Shown here in pieces: positions 9,401 through 18,931 of a stretch of 64,000 nucleotides of DNA (positions are counted from its first letter, which is position 1; every line of letters begins with the position of its first letter). Source of the DNA: an uncultured bacterium (lineage in GTDB: Bacteria; Patescibacteriota; JACMRA01); NCBI GenBank assembly GCA_963784355.1, contig CAWAQU010000012.1:135760-199759 (forward strand), in the 5' to 3' direction. A program made the position numbers and the translations under genes. The notes beneath the pieces are model-generated. The model searched no databases. It saw only the letters and a program-made list of their open reading frames with translations, and had not been told where the DNA came from.

Positions 9401-10078
9401 TTATACGGATTTACCATTTTGCACTCTAAATTCATTTACAGCGATATGAGCTTGTCTGGTTGGTTCTGGTATTCGGTACCCTTTTAAACACTGTCTAATG
9501 ATCTCTACTGAGCCTAGGAGGTCAATTTTATGCCCAGGTGAGATAAAAATAGGATTAGTTTTAAATTTAGATCGAAAAGCTGCTCCAACCACCTCATCTT
9601 TATCAATCATTTCTGACCAGGATCCTGCTATAAGTTCGGGCTCTTGATATTTTCCGACTAAAACACTTTTAGCTGAGCCAATAGTAGGTTTATCAATTAC
9701 TAAACCGAAATGGGAAGCAATTCCGAGTCTACGGGGGTGTGCAATACCTTGACCGTCTACAACCAATAAATCCGGCTTTATTTTCAAATTATTATAAGCT
9801 TCCAAAAGTAAGGGTATTTCTCTAAATGATAGGAGTCCAGAAATATATGGAAAATCCAATTTGCCTACTACTAAGCTTTTCTCTACTAAAGTAAAATCCG
9901 GAAAACTAAATACTAAGACAACGGCATATCCTATATCAGAAAATCTATTAAAAGAAATATCAGAGCCTGCAATATATTGGATTTGCCCATCAAATGGAGT
10001 AATTTCCACAAGACTTTTTAACTGTTTTTGGATTTCAATTGCTTCTTTAGGTGAGTTAGGTTTTAAGTTAAAATTCAT
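9401..10078 (-). CDS. nfi: endonuclease V (deoxyinosine 3' endonuclease)
   Basis: IAGSDISF, FPYISGLLSFRE, VDGQGIAHPRRLGIASHFG, PIFISPGH, YRIPEPTRQAH. Confidence 0.97.
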   Translation of the reverse strand: MNFNLKPNSPKEAIEIQKQLKSLVEITPFDGQIQYIAGSDISFNRFSDIGYAVVLVFSFPDFTLVEKSLVVGKLDFPYISGLLSFREIPLLLEAYNNLKIKPDLLVVDGQGIAHPRRLGIASHFGLVIDKPTIGSAKSVLVGKYQEPELIAGSWSEMIDKDEVVGAAFRSKFKTNPIFISPGHKIDLLGSVEIIRQCLKGYRIPEPTRQAHIAVNEFRVQNGKSV

Positions 10079-10091
10079 AAATTAGTGCACT

Positions 10092-10120
10092 AAAAAAGCC
10101 TATCCGGTTAGGGACAGGCT
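10092..10120 (-). terminator. intrinsic terminator immediately upstream of nfi
   Basis: Minus strand: agcctgtcc-ctaacc-ggataggct followed by a T-run. Confidence 0.6.
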
Positions 10121-10312
10121 CAAGATTTAAGATGTAAATCTATTTTTTGTTTTTAATAAAATTTGCCTTTAAGTCTAGTTTTCTATGTTCGAGTTGCTAG
10201 TTTTACCTACCTAGCGATTATATAAAAAATAATTTCTTTAAGATTGTCAAAGTGAGCTGATTTTAACTTAGGTAGTTACTGCACTAAAAGGAAATATTGA
10301 TATTTTACATTA

Positions 10313-10888
10313 ATGCGAAATTGTGCAATAAATAAAGCTATGAATGAGAGTGGACAAAATAATAAGAAAGAAATTCTATTGAAATTTATAGCAAATTTTC
10401 TAAATACAATTGTCATCCCTCTAATCACGCACTTTTCTTTATTATATAAACGCTCTGGTTTAAGTGAATTAATTGATAAAAATGAATGTCGAATTACTAT
10501 TAAACCATTAAATTTATATGAACATTTTCCAACATCAAATTTAGATGAGCTATTAGATAAAAAATATATACAAGAAATATCAAAAACAATTTCAGAAGTT
10601 GAGTTTACTATACGGTATTTAAATATTTTTCCTTATACAGTACAGATAATTGCTGGGAATTTTTCACGCACAGACACTAAGAAAGTACTAATAGAAATAA
10701 AAGATTCTAACTTAGGCCAGATTCTTTGGGGCAGTAAGATTTTCTTAAGTCCTATTAGTTTAATTAGGAATAATGAAGGTGAATATTGTGAATATATTAA
10801 CACGGGCTCAGATAAGACGTTAGGTTTTGATGAAAGGTTTACAATTTCTATAAAAGTTGTTGATATGCCACTAGATGAGTATAACTAA
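10313..10888 (+). CDS. hypothetical protein
   Basis: 191-aa ORF overlapping the start of the next gene. Confidence 0.6.
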   Translation: MRNCAINKAMNESGQNNKKEILLKFIANFLNTIVIPLITHFSLLYKRSGLSELIDKNECRITIKPLNLYEHFPTSNLDELLDKKYIQEISKTISEVEFTIRYLNIFPYTVQIIAGNFSRTDTKKVLIEIKDSNLGQILWGSKIFLSPISLIRNNEGEYCEYINTGSDKTLGFDERFTISIKVVDMPLDEYN

Positions 10889-11636
10889 AAAAATTTTTGC
10901 AATAGGCGGATCTGTAGTAAAATGGTCTGATGATTTTAGATTTGATCAAGAAATCATTAAACTATCCGAGCTTGAAAAACCCAATGTGCTGTTTATACCT
11001 ACAGCTACTGACGACGACACTAAGTATATTAATTATTTTCACACTATCTATAACGAAAAATTAGGGTGTAAGGTTGAAAATCTACTCTTAGTTAGTGAAC
11101 AGCCGAATTTAGCTCAAATTGAGGAAAAAATTGATAAAGCAGATGTAATTTATGTAGGTGGCGGAAATACTCTAAAAATGATTAAAATCTGGAAAAAGTA
11201 TGGGGTGGACAAATTGCTGAAAAAAGCCTGGGAAAGCGGAAAAGTTATGTGTGGAGTGAGTGCTGGAGGAATTTGTTGGTTTGATTCCGGTAGTAGCGAC
11301 TCTATGAATTTTTCAGATAAGAGCAATTTCAACTTGATCAAAGTAAAAGGGCTTGGATTTATAAAAGGTATGTTTAGCCCACATCACATTAATGAACCTC
11401 ACAGAACTGCAGGTTTACTGAAAAATATTGATACTTATGGCGGTATGGGTTATGCTGTGGATGACGGAGCAGCCATTGAGATAATAGATGATCAATTTAG
11501 AGTAGTTTCTTTTTATGATTATCCAAATGCATATAAGGTTTACAGAGACAAAGGCTTGCTATGCTACAAAAAAATCAAACAAAACAATATTTATTTGGAT
11601 CTTAAGCAACTATATGACAAAAAGGCAAACATATAA
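10875..11636 (+). CDS. peptidase E (family S51)
   Basis: VLFIPTA, IYVGGGNT, GVSAGGICWF (nucleophile Ser), FSPHH. Confidence 0.9.
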   Translation: MSITKKIFAIGGSVVKWSDDFRFDQEIIKLSELEKPNVLFIPTATDDDTKYINYFHTIYNEKLGCKVENLLLVSEQPNLAQIEEKIDKADVIYVGGGNTLKMIKIWKKYGVDKLLKKAWESGKVMCGVSAGGICWFDSGSSDSMNFSDKSNFNLIKVKGLGFIKGMFSPHHINEPHRTAGLLKNIDTYGGMGYAVDDGAAIEIIDDQFRVVSFYDYPNAYKVYRDKGLLCYKKIKQNNIYLDLKQLYDKKANI

Positions 11637-11701
11637 CTTGCCAATAAGTCTAAAAAGTGTTATGAATAGACTAATATTTTAAATATTAACAGTTTGAAAA
11701 T

Positions 11702-12466
11702 ATGCCCGAGATAATGACACAAGAGAAGCCAAATCAGATAAAGAACCAAATAAAAAATAATCCCGACATACAATGGATAAATCCAGAAGAAAGTTTACCT
11801 AAGACGGGTCAAGAAATTGTTGATAAAGGTTTGCTTGGAAAAGTTGTAGCTGATAGAGAAAATGCTAAAAAAGAATTGGAAGGCCTAAGAGCAGGGAAAC
11901 AGGTCGGAGAAAAGATAAGTATATCAGCCGCTAATAGGGAGATATTGTCTAGGTTTTTGGAAAAGAGGATTAAAAAAATTGATGCACAAATTGAAGCAGT
12001 TAAAACTGTTAAAGATATAGGCTTTGCTGAATTTGATCTGGAAAATGCTCAAAAGTTAAAGCAATTTATAGGTGATCGTAAACCGGTTGTTGTAAAAGAT
12101 ACAAAAGGTGAATACCACCTAGTTGCTCACGGAAACATAGACCCAAATACTGGTAGGCACACACTTGAAAGTAAGGAAGCAGGGAAAACTGTGGATACAG
12201 AGAAATATATACGCCAAATTATTGAAAGTGGGGAAGTGCCTGCAGGCGCAAAATTACACGTTCGATCTTGCAAGCTTGGAGAATACCAAAAAACAAAAGA
12301 TACAAATGGTAATGAAACAAGTTTTGAAAAAACAAAGTGGCCACTTGATGTGCAAGTTAGCAGAACAACTGAGGAGCCAGGTAATCTGCAAATGGGTATC
12401 AAGTCTATACGTAATTATAGGGGAGGGGAAAGTAATATAGTCTCATTTCAAAGAGAGAGAAAATAA
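11702..12466 (+). CDS. hypothetical protein with possible clan-CD (C80/caspase-like) His-Cys dyad
   Basis: HLVAHGN ... LHVRSCKLG spacing; coiled-coil N-terminus. Confidence 0.6.
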   Translation: MPEIMTQEKPNQIKNQIKNNPDIQWINPEESLPKTGQEIVDKGLLGKVVADRENAKKELEGLRAGKQVGEKISISAANREILSRFLEKRIKKIDAQIEAVKTVKDIGFAEFDLENAQKLKQFIGDRKPVVVKDTKGEYHLVAHGNIDPNTGRHTLESKEAGKTVDTEKYIRQIIESGEVPAGAKLHVRSCKLGEYQKTKDTNGNETSFEKTKWPLDVQVSRTTEEPGNLQMGIKSIRNYRGGESNIVSFQRERK

Positions 12467-12565
12467 GGTGTGACTGAAGCGATTACCTTAAATGAAGGTT
12501 GGAAAATTCCACGCTGGGTAAAGATTACTGCCGGGCTCAGTATAGCATTTATTGTCGGAGCTAAG

Positions 12566-13606
12566 TTATTTTAGCAGTTTTTTACTATCTTTTTTATATC
12601 TAGATCCAACCAAAATAGCTGTCATTAAGATACTTATAAGAGTTAAAGGATTAAACTTAGCATATTTTTTTTGACTATAATTTGAACTTACAAACTCTTT
12701 TCGATTCTTTTTATCTTCGGGTAGGGTGTTGTTAGATTCTTCTTTTGGCTGACTGCTTGATTTTTTAGCCAATTTTAAGTCTCCTTCGGTCTCTTTTAAG
12801 AATATACCAGCTTTAGTTACTTCCACTCCAAAAAATAGAATTTGCGCCGAGTAATAAACCCAAACCAATATTATTAGTACTGACCCTGCTGCTCCATAAG
12901 CGGATGAAAAAGTAGATTTGCTCAAGTACAATCCTATCAAAAATTGACCAACTACAAACAAAGTCGAAGTGAAAACCGACCCTGGAATAATTGATTTAAA
13001 TGTTAGTTTCTTATGAGGTAAAAATTTCTGAATACCGATGATTATCAAAGTGACAAGTACATAAGAAATTGCCAAGCCTATGATTCCGGCCAAATCTTTA
13101 TTGAACGGTAAGTATTGAGTAAAGAATCCTAGAACCGCACTGAAAATAAAGGATACTAAAAGTAAAAAAACAATACTCATTACAACACCCATTGAAAGGG
13201 TATATTCTTTTACTGTGCTTAAAAAATTGCTTTTCTTCGGCTCACTTTTCCATATGTAATTTAAAGAGTGTTTTAGCTCGATAATGACACCGAGTGCACC
13301 TGCCAGTAAAGTCACTACACCAATTGTGGTTGCTATTATGTTTCCTGAATTGTTGTTTGAAGTACTATCCACTATTTGATTCAAAAATTGCAAACCTGCC
13401 GGTCCTATAGATGTGCTTAGTTCTTTGAGAATCATTTCTTTAGCTGAACTTTTACCTAAAAATACTCCAATTATGGTGATAAAAAGGATTAAAAGTGGCG
13501 CGAGTGAAAAAACTGTATAATAAGACAGTGAGGACGCTAGGGTAGGGACTTTATCTATTTTCCAGTTTGAAAGTGCTAATTTCAATATTTTGAGGTATTT
13601 GTTCAT
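12566..13606 (-). CDS. YihY/virulence factor BrkB family membrane protein
   Basis: ASSLSYYTVFSLAPL, LNYIW, YGAAGSVLIILVWVYYSAQILFFG. Confidence 0.92.
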   Translation of the reverse strand: MNKYLKILKLALSNWKIDKVPTLASSLSYYTVFSLAPLLILFITIIGVFLGKSSAKEMILKELSTSIGPAGLQFLNQIVDSTSNNNSGNIIATTIGVVTLLAGALGVIIELKHSLNYIWKSEPKKSNFLSTVKEYTLSMGVVMSIVFLLLVSFIFSAVLGFFTQYLPFNKDLAGIIGLAISYVLVTLIIIGIQKFLPHKKLTFKSIIPGSVFTSTLFVVGQFLIGLYLSKSTFSSAYGAAGSVLIILVWVYYSAQILFFGVEVTKAGIFLKETEGDLKLAKKSSSQPKEESNNTLPEDKKNRKEFVSSNYSQKKYAKFNPLTLISILMTAILVGSRYKKDSKKLLK

Positions 13607-13856
13607 AATCTTGTTTGTGTAGTTTTTATTAAGTCGCAGTGCTTCATCGTTTATCTTGGAGCTTGTATGCCGAAAAAATCATTTGAAAGCAAAACACTAC
13701 TATACTTATTTAAGCATAATTAATTAAGTTTGAAAAGGTTTTTTTACAATTCAGGTTCTTAGAGAAAATCACAATGTATTATCAAATTAAAAAGTATTTT
13801 AAATCCTTTACGTAAAATATAATATATGCTATATTAAAATTAAGAAATAAAATATT

Positions 13857-14252
13857 ATGAATGAAAAAAATATTATGAATAAAAATTTTAATATAAAACC
13901 CGAAATTATTAAAGCTCAGGCCAACCAACCAGCAAAAGATACCCCAGAACAACTAACTAAGCACGAAATACTCCCTTATAGGCTAGTTATTACATTGAAC
14001 TTTAATAATAAAGGTCGCGTATATATATCTGGTCCTGTTGATGAAGAGAAATATAATAAGTTAAATGTAATAGAGATTCGAGAAACATTAATGAAATCAA
14101 ATCCCGGTCTAAATGTTAGCGTAGCAAATGGTGATAGTTTCCAAAAGTTAGAAAAGTTAGAAATAAAAGTTGTAGGTGAGGTTGATAAATTAGAATTAAG
14201 CAAGATAAATGCTCAACTTAAAAATTTATTAAGACCAACGAAAGAAAAATAG
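13857..14252 (+). CDS. hypothetical protein
   Basis: 131-aa ORF; no motif recognised. Confidence 0.6.
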   Translation: MNEKNIMNKNFNIKPEIIKAQANQPAKDTPEQLTKHEILPYRLVITLNFNNKGRVYISGPVDEEKYNKLNVIEIRETLMKSNPGLNVSVANGDSFQKLEKLEIKVVGEVDKLELSKINAQLKNLLRPTKEK

Positions 14253-14266
14253 TAAGTTAATCAAGC

Positions 14267-14434
14267 CTAAAAATTTAAATTCATATTCATATTTAATTCT
14301 GGTTTTGTAATAACGTATCTTTGATTGCGGTTTTCAGTATTTAAACCAATACCTAAAATCAAATAAGCTCCGTGTTCAATGCCTTTTGAATCGTCTTTTT
14401 TGAAATGATAGTAAAACTGATTAGGTTGGATCAT
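14267..14434 (-). pseudogene. truncated DUF1653-like fragment
   Basis: MIQPNQFYYHFKK...YLILGIGLNTENRNQRYV resembles the DUF1653 N-terminus, then degenerates. Confidence 0.45.
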
Positions 14435-14526
14435 ATGTACTGTAATATTCCTCAGGTCAAGTTTTATGTCAATTTCCAATATTTTTTGACAAGTTGTAAT
14501 TGTTTTGATTTATTGTAATTTAATAT

Positions 14527-16215
14527 ATGTCATCAGAAAATAACGAAATTAACGCGGTAAATACAACTGAAAAACAAAATAAATCTTCTGGAATCACTCT
14601 GTTTGTATTAGCACTTGCAGTGGCAATAGTTGTTATTGACGGAACAGTACTAAACGTGTCTATTCGTGATATTACCTCCGATCTAAAGATTAGTTTGCAG
14701 GATATCCAGTGGGCTATTACTCTCTATTCACTAATTATTGCCTCACTAACAATATTTGGAAGTAGATTGGGCGATATTTTTGGTCGCAAGATTACATTTG
14801 TAGTAGGGGCAATCATTTTTGGTCTAGGGTCTTTAATTACAGCACTAAGTCAAGATTTGAATGGTTTGATTTTTGGATGGTCAGTTGTAGAAGGTATTGG
14901 AGCTGCTTTAATGATTCCGGCAAGTTCTGCTCTACTTGTAAATAATTTTGAAGGTAAAGCTAGGGGTAGGGCCTTTGCCATGTATGGTGCTACCGCCGGT
15001 GTGGCTTCCGCAATAGGGCCAATTTTGGGTGGTTATTTGACTACCAACTTTAGCTGGAGATGGGCATTTGGTATAAATTTGTTTGTAGTTTTGATTTTAG
15101 TGGCAGGATCTTTATATATCAAGGGCTATAAAGTAATTGGAGATAGTTTGAAAAAATTGGATTTTGTAGGAGTTATATTATCAGGTATTGGTTTGGCTTC
15201 TGTAACTTACGGATTTATCGAATCTTCCACTTATGGTTGGCTTGAGGCAAAGAAACCTTGGGAAGCTTTTGGAAGAAGTATGGATTTAGCAGGAATTTCC
15301 ATAACTGTTTATACTATTTTAATCGGGCTTGTATTGCTAGTAGCGTTTTATTTATGGGAAAAAAGAGTTAAGAGAACTGAAGGAATGGAGCCATTGATTG
15401 ATGTAGATATATTTAAAAATAGACAGTTTTCTTCAGCGATTAGCATGATTGCTATTTTATTCTCAGGCTTTACAGGTATTATTACTTTTGGAGTGGTACT
15501 ATATTACCAAAATGTTTTGAATTTGTCAGCATTTGATTCCGGTGTAGGACTATTAGCTTTGTCTTTAGGTACCTTCATTGCTGCTCCTTTGTCAGCTAGA
15601 GTTTCAGAAAGATTTAGTGTAGGCCGTACAGTTCAAACCGGTCTCTTGATCAGTATATTGGGTTGCTATTTGATTTATCTTTTCTTGGTTGAAGGTGCAA
15701 CTAGATTGTCATTGTCTCCTGCCTTATTTATCTTTGGGTTTGGTTTCGGTTTACTAGTGTCTCAGCTTACAAATTTGGTACTTTCTGCAGTATCACAAGA
15801 TCAAGCGGGTCAGGCCTCAGGACTAAACGGAACTATCCGAGAAGTTGGACGATCTTTTGGAGCTGCTATCATTGGTGCAATATTTATAAGTGCGTTTGCG
15901 TCAAACTTTAGCGACGTTTTGAAAAACAAACCTCAAATTCCAGGACCTCTAAAAGAAACAATGTCAAAAGTACTGGATGATTCAGGTAATCAATATGCAT
16001 TAAATTCTTTTGCAAACAATCCTCAGTTACCGGCAAATACAAAGTCCCAAATCCAAGAGAGTTTGAACTATGCAAATATAAATGCAGGTAGAAATTCAGT
16101 TTTAGTTACTTTATCTTTTGCAATTATAACTTTCTTACTCTCATTTACTTTACCAAAGCACGTCTTTACAGTGCATAAAGATGAGAAAAAAGCTGAGTTA
16201 AGCGAGGTAATTTAA
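14527..16215 (+). CDS. MFS transporter, DHA2 (14-TM) drug efflux family
   Basis: DGTVLNVS, GSRLGDIFGRK, GPILGGYLT...SWRWAFGINL, GQASGLNGTIREVG. Confidence 0.92.
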   Translation: MSSENNEINAVNTTEKQNKSSGITLFVLALAVAIVVIDGTVLNVSIRDITSDLKISLQDIQWAITLYSLIIASLTIFGSRLGDIFGRKITFVVGAIIFGLGSLITALSQDLNGLIFGWSVVEGIGAALMIPASSALLVNNFEGKARGRAFAMYGATAGVASAIGPILGGYLTTNFSWRWAFGINLFVVLILVAGSLYIKGYKVIGDSLKKLDFVGVILSGIGLASVTYGFIESSTYGWLEAKKPWEAFGRSMDLAGISITVYTILIGLVLLVAFYLWEKRVKRTEGMEPLIDVDIFKNRQFSSAISMIAILFSGFTGIITFGVVLYYQNVLNLSAFDSGVGLLALSLGTFIAAPLSARVSERFSVGRTVQTGLLISILGCYLIYLFLVEGATRLSLSPALFIFGFGFGLLVSQLTNLVLSAVSQDQAGQASGLNGTIREVGRSFGAAIIGAIFISAFASNFSDVLKNKPQIPGPLKETMSKVLDDSGNQYALNSFANNPQLPANTKSQIQESLNYANINAGRNSVLVTLSFAIITFLLSFTLPKHVFTVHKDEKKAELSEVI

Positions 16216-16269
16216 TTGTAATTTGGATGTAACAAAGGTTTGACTATATTTAGTTATTAAATCTCTATT

Positions 16270-17295
16270 TTGAGTATGCAAACAGTTGTGACTAAAGATA
16301 TTGATTTATGTGCCAATCTGCTTTTAAACTCGGAGTTGGTCGCTTTTCCTACTGAAACTGTGTATGGACTTGGTGCTGTAGCTACAGATAAAGTGGCTGT
16401 TCAGAAGATTTATGAGGTAAAAAACAGGCCACAAAGTAATCCTCTAATCTGTCATTTTCACTCTTTTCAACAAATTCTGGAGTATGTCGAAAATGTTCCA
16501 ACTTATGTACCTTATCTGATAGAAGCTTTTTCACCTGGCCCTGTTAGTTATATTTTAAATATCCCGGAAGACTCGATACTTAGGGTGCCTGGCCGTATGG
16601 CTGATCAAATTTTTCGTATTCCAGCTCAGAGTCAGACTTTAGAATTGATTAAAAAAATAAATTTACCGCTTGCAGGTCCAAGTTCCAATCTGTCAGGCAG
16701 ACCTAGTCATACCAATCCGAATATGGTGGTTTATGAATTGGATAGTAAAATTGCTGCTGTTTTGGATGGTGGGGAAAGTCAAATCGGGCTAGAATCAACT
16801 ATTTTGGAATGTAAAAAAGATAATGAATGCCGTATACTCAGGCCTGGAGCTATTGGGGAAAAAGAATTGAAAAAAGTTTTTGAAAAACATAATTTAAAAG
16901 TGACAATAGTGCCATATCAAGATGATCTTAAAAAAGATATTCCCGGGAATAAATACCCCCACTACTCTCCCAAAACACCTGTAGTTAAAATTAGTTTAGA
17001 GGCTTTTATTAGTAATTTCGATACTTTGATCCAGGCCAATGAAAAAGTAATCATTTTAGGCTCCACACAAGCTGTAGACTCAATTAAGGCATCAATCAAC
17101 GAGATATCAAATGTGGTGATGGTAGTTGTTGGTCTGGATTTAACTGATTATGCCCACAACCTCTATCACTCCCTACAATCTATTGATCAGGGTAATTTTA
17201 CAAAAGCTTACCTAATTATGGAAGATTGGGGCAATTCAAGCCTAGCTGAAGCTTTAAATAACAGGCTTTCTAAAGTCGGGGCTGGCTACCGATAG
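16270..17295 (+). CDS. tsaC: L-threonylcarbamoyladenylate synthase (Sua5-type)
   Basis: LVAFPTETVYGLG, KNRPQSNPLICH, PLAGPSSNLSGRPS, GLESTI, LRPGAI, PGNKYPHYSP plus C-terminal SUA5 domain. ATG 16276 may be the true start. Confidence 0.95.
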   Translation: MSMQTVVTKDIDLCANLLLNSELVAFPTETVYGLGAVATDKVAVQKIYEVKNRPQSNPLICHFHSFQQILEYVENVPTYVPYLIEAFSPGPVSYILNIPEDSILRVPGRMADQIFRIPAQSQTLELIKKINLPLAGPSSNLSGRPSHTNPNMVVYELDSKIAAVLDGGESQIGLESTILECKKDNECRILRPGAIGEKELKKVFEKHNLKVTIVPYQDDLKKDIPGNKYPHYSPKTPVVKISLEAFISNFDTLIQANEKVIILGSTQAVDSIKASINEISNVVMVVVGLDLTDYAHNLYHSLQSIDQGNFTKAYLIMEDWGNSSLAEALNNRLSKVGAGYR

Positions 17296-17335
17296 CTTAA
17301 TAAAGTGCTATTAATATGCTACAAACAGCTAGAAT

Positions 17336-17354
17336 AAAAACCACCCTGAGGTGG
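17336..17354 (-). terminator. intrinsic terminator of the FMN reductase gene
   Basis: Minus strand: ccacc-tcag-ggtgg-ttttt. Confidence 0.6.
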
Positions 17355-17383
17355 CCTATAAAACAATTACAATAAAGTAAGTT

Positions 17384-17962
17384 TTACTTTTTCAATTGAT
17401 TACCGAGCTCAATTAGTTCATCAAAAAATCCTTGATAACGTCCGCTTCCTTGTCTCAATTTTTCAATTGCCTCTTCGCTCAAAGGCACTTGTTCTTGTAC
17501 AGTAGCTAAATATGTATTCCAGGGAATATGAATTGCATTTTTGATAGAGTACATCTGTAATTCACTAACCACCAACTTCAGTTGCTCAACTACTCTGGTT
17601 CCGGCCGCACTACCATAACTCACAAAACCAACTGGCTTTTTATTCCATTCATAATAGACATAGTCTAAAGCATTTTTAAGTACTGCAGGGTAGGCATGGT
17701 TGTATTCAGGAGATACAATTATGAAAGCCTCGGCCTCAGCAATTTTATCAGCCCATTTTTTAACTACCTCGTTTGTGTAATTTTGTTTAGCCATTAAAGG
17801 AGGGATTGCATCCTCGAAAAAAGGCATAGGAAAATCTCGTAAATCCAACAATTCAGCTTCTACATTATCATGTTTTTGTAGTTCTTGCATTACCCAATTT
17901 GCAGGTTTGTCGCTATAACGTCCTTGTCTTGTACTTCCTACAATTACTTTAACTTTTAACAT
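17384..17962 (-). CDS. NADPH-dependent FMN reductase
   Basis: VIVGSTRQGR, SPEYNHAYPAVLKNALD, WNKKPVGFVSYG. Confidence 0.93.
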   Translation of the reverse strand: MLKVKVIVGSTRQGRYSDKPANWVMQELQKHDNVEAELLDLRDFPMPFFEDAIPPLMAKQNYTNEVVKKWADKIAEAEAFIIVSPEYNHAYPAVLKNALDYVYYEWNKKPVGFVSYGSAAGTRVVEQLKLVVSELQMYSIKNAIHIPWNTYLATVQEQVPLSEEAIEKLRQGSGRYQGFFDELIELGNQLKK

Positions 17963-18095
17963 ATACTTAATTAATTAGTTTTTAATACTTTCTTAAATAA
18001 AGTAAATATATAAAAAAAAGTCAAATGGTTTGTGGTTGAGAAAAATATATAAAATCAGGATGTGTTAATTATTTTTACGAAGTAAGGTTGTATTT

Positions 18096-18162
18096 AAACT
18101 TCTATCTGGCAATCACTTGAAATTTGACAAGCCATAATTAAAAAGGCTAAATTGCTGCAATA
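18096..18162 (+). repeat. 67-bp direct repeat copy 1 (contains TTGACA promoter)
   Basis: aaacttctatctgg[c/t]aatcacttgaaatttgacaagccataattaaaaaggctaaattgctgcaata; one mismatch to the copy at 18723-18789. Confidence 0.95.
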
Positions 18163-18232
18163 TTAGGCTAGGCGGCTAGTGAGTTTATAGATAGAAGCAA
18201 AACTGTTGATACAATTTAGTTTTATTTATTAT

Positions 18233-18739
18233 ATGTTATCAGATCAACCAATTCAAATTTACCAAACAGATAATGGTGCTTTAGAGATACATGCAGATCA
18301 GGAAAATCAGACTGTGTGGCTTACTCAGGATCAGATTGCTTTGTTATTTGAAAAAGATAGAACCGTTATTACACGGCACATTAAGAATATTTATGAGGAA
18401 GGTGAGCTAGAAGAAAATGCAACTAGTGCAAAATTTACACAAGTTCAAAAAGAGGGTAAAAGAGAAATAGCTAGAATTATCCAATTTTATAATCTGGATA
18501 TGATTATTTCAGTGGGGTATCGAACTAATTCAAAACAAGCTACAAAATTTAGGCAATGGTCAAACTCCATTCTGAAAGAATACTTGGTAAAAGGATACTC
18601 TATTAATCAAAAATTACTACAACAAAAACAGGGGCAAATTGAGGAAATCAGACAAACTTTGGATTTTTTAGTTAAAACATCTAAAATGCGGGTATTTTTG
18701 GTTAAACCTTTTTTAGCTATTCAAACTTCTATCTGGTAA
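18233..18739 (+). CDS. RhuM-family protein, probably C-terminally truncated
   Basis: TVWLTQDQIALLF, HIKNIYEEGEL, YNLDMIISVGYR, ATKFRQW, YLVKGYSIN. Ends inside the second repeat copy. Confidence 0.85.
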   Translation: MLSDQPIQIYQTDNGALEIHADQENQTVWLTQDQIALLFEKDRTVITRHIKNIYEEGELEENATSAKFTQVQKEGKREIARIIQFYNLDMIISVGYRTNSKQATKFRQWSNSILKEYLVKGYSINQKLLQQKQGQIEEIRQTLDFLVKTSKMRVFLVKPFLAIQTSIW

Positions 18740-18789
18740 TCACTTGAAATTTGACAAGCCATAATTAAAAAGGCTAAATTGCTGCAATA
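18723..18789 (+). repeat. 67-bp direct repeat copy 2 (upstream of the OLD nuclease)
   Basis: Matches 18096-18162 with one mismatch. Confidence 0.95.
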
Positions 18790-18931
18790 ATAGTCCGAGA
18801 GATTTTGCACTAAATGAGAGGAACTAATCATTATATAAATAGGGCAGTTATAAAATATACCTATATACTAGATATAGGGTTCTTAAGTTAATGTACCTCA
18901 GTATTAAAAAGTAGCAAATTGAAATAAATTT

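Noticed and set aside
18096-18789. CRISPR array or IS ends
   Set aside because: Only two direct copies 627 bp apart; no spacers, cas genes, transposase or terminal inverted repeats.
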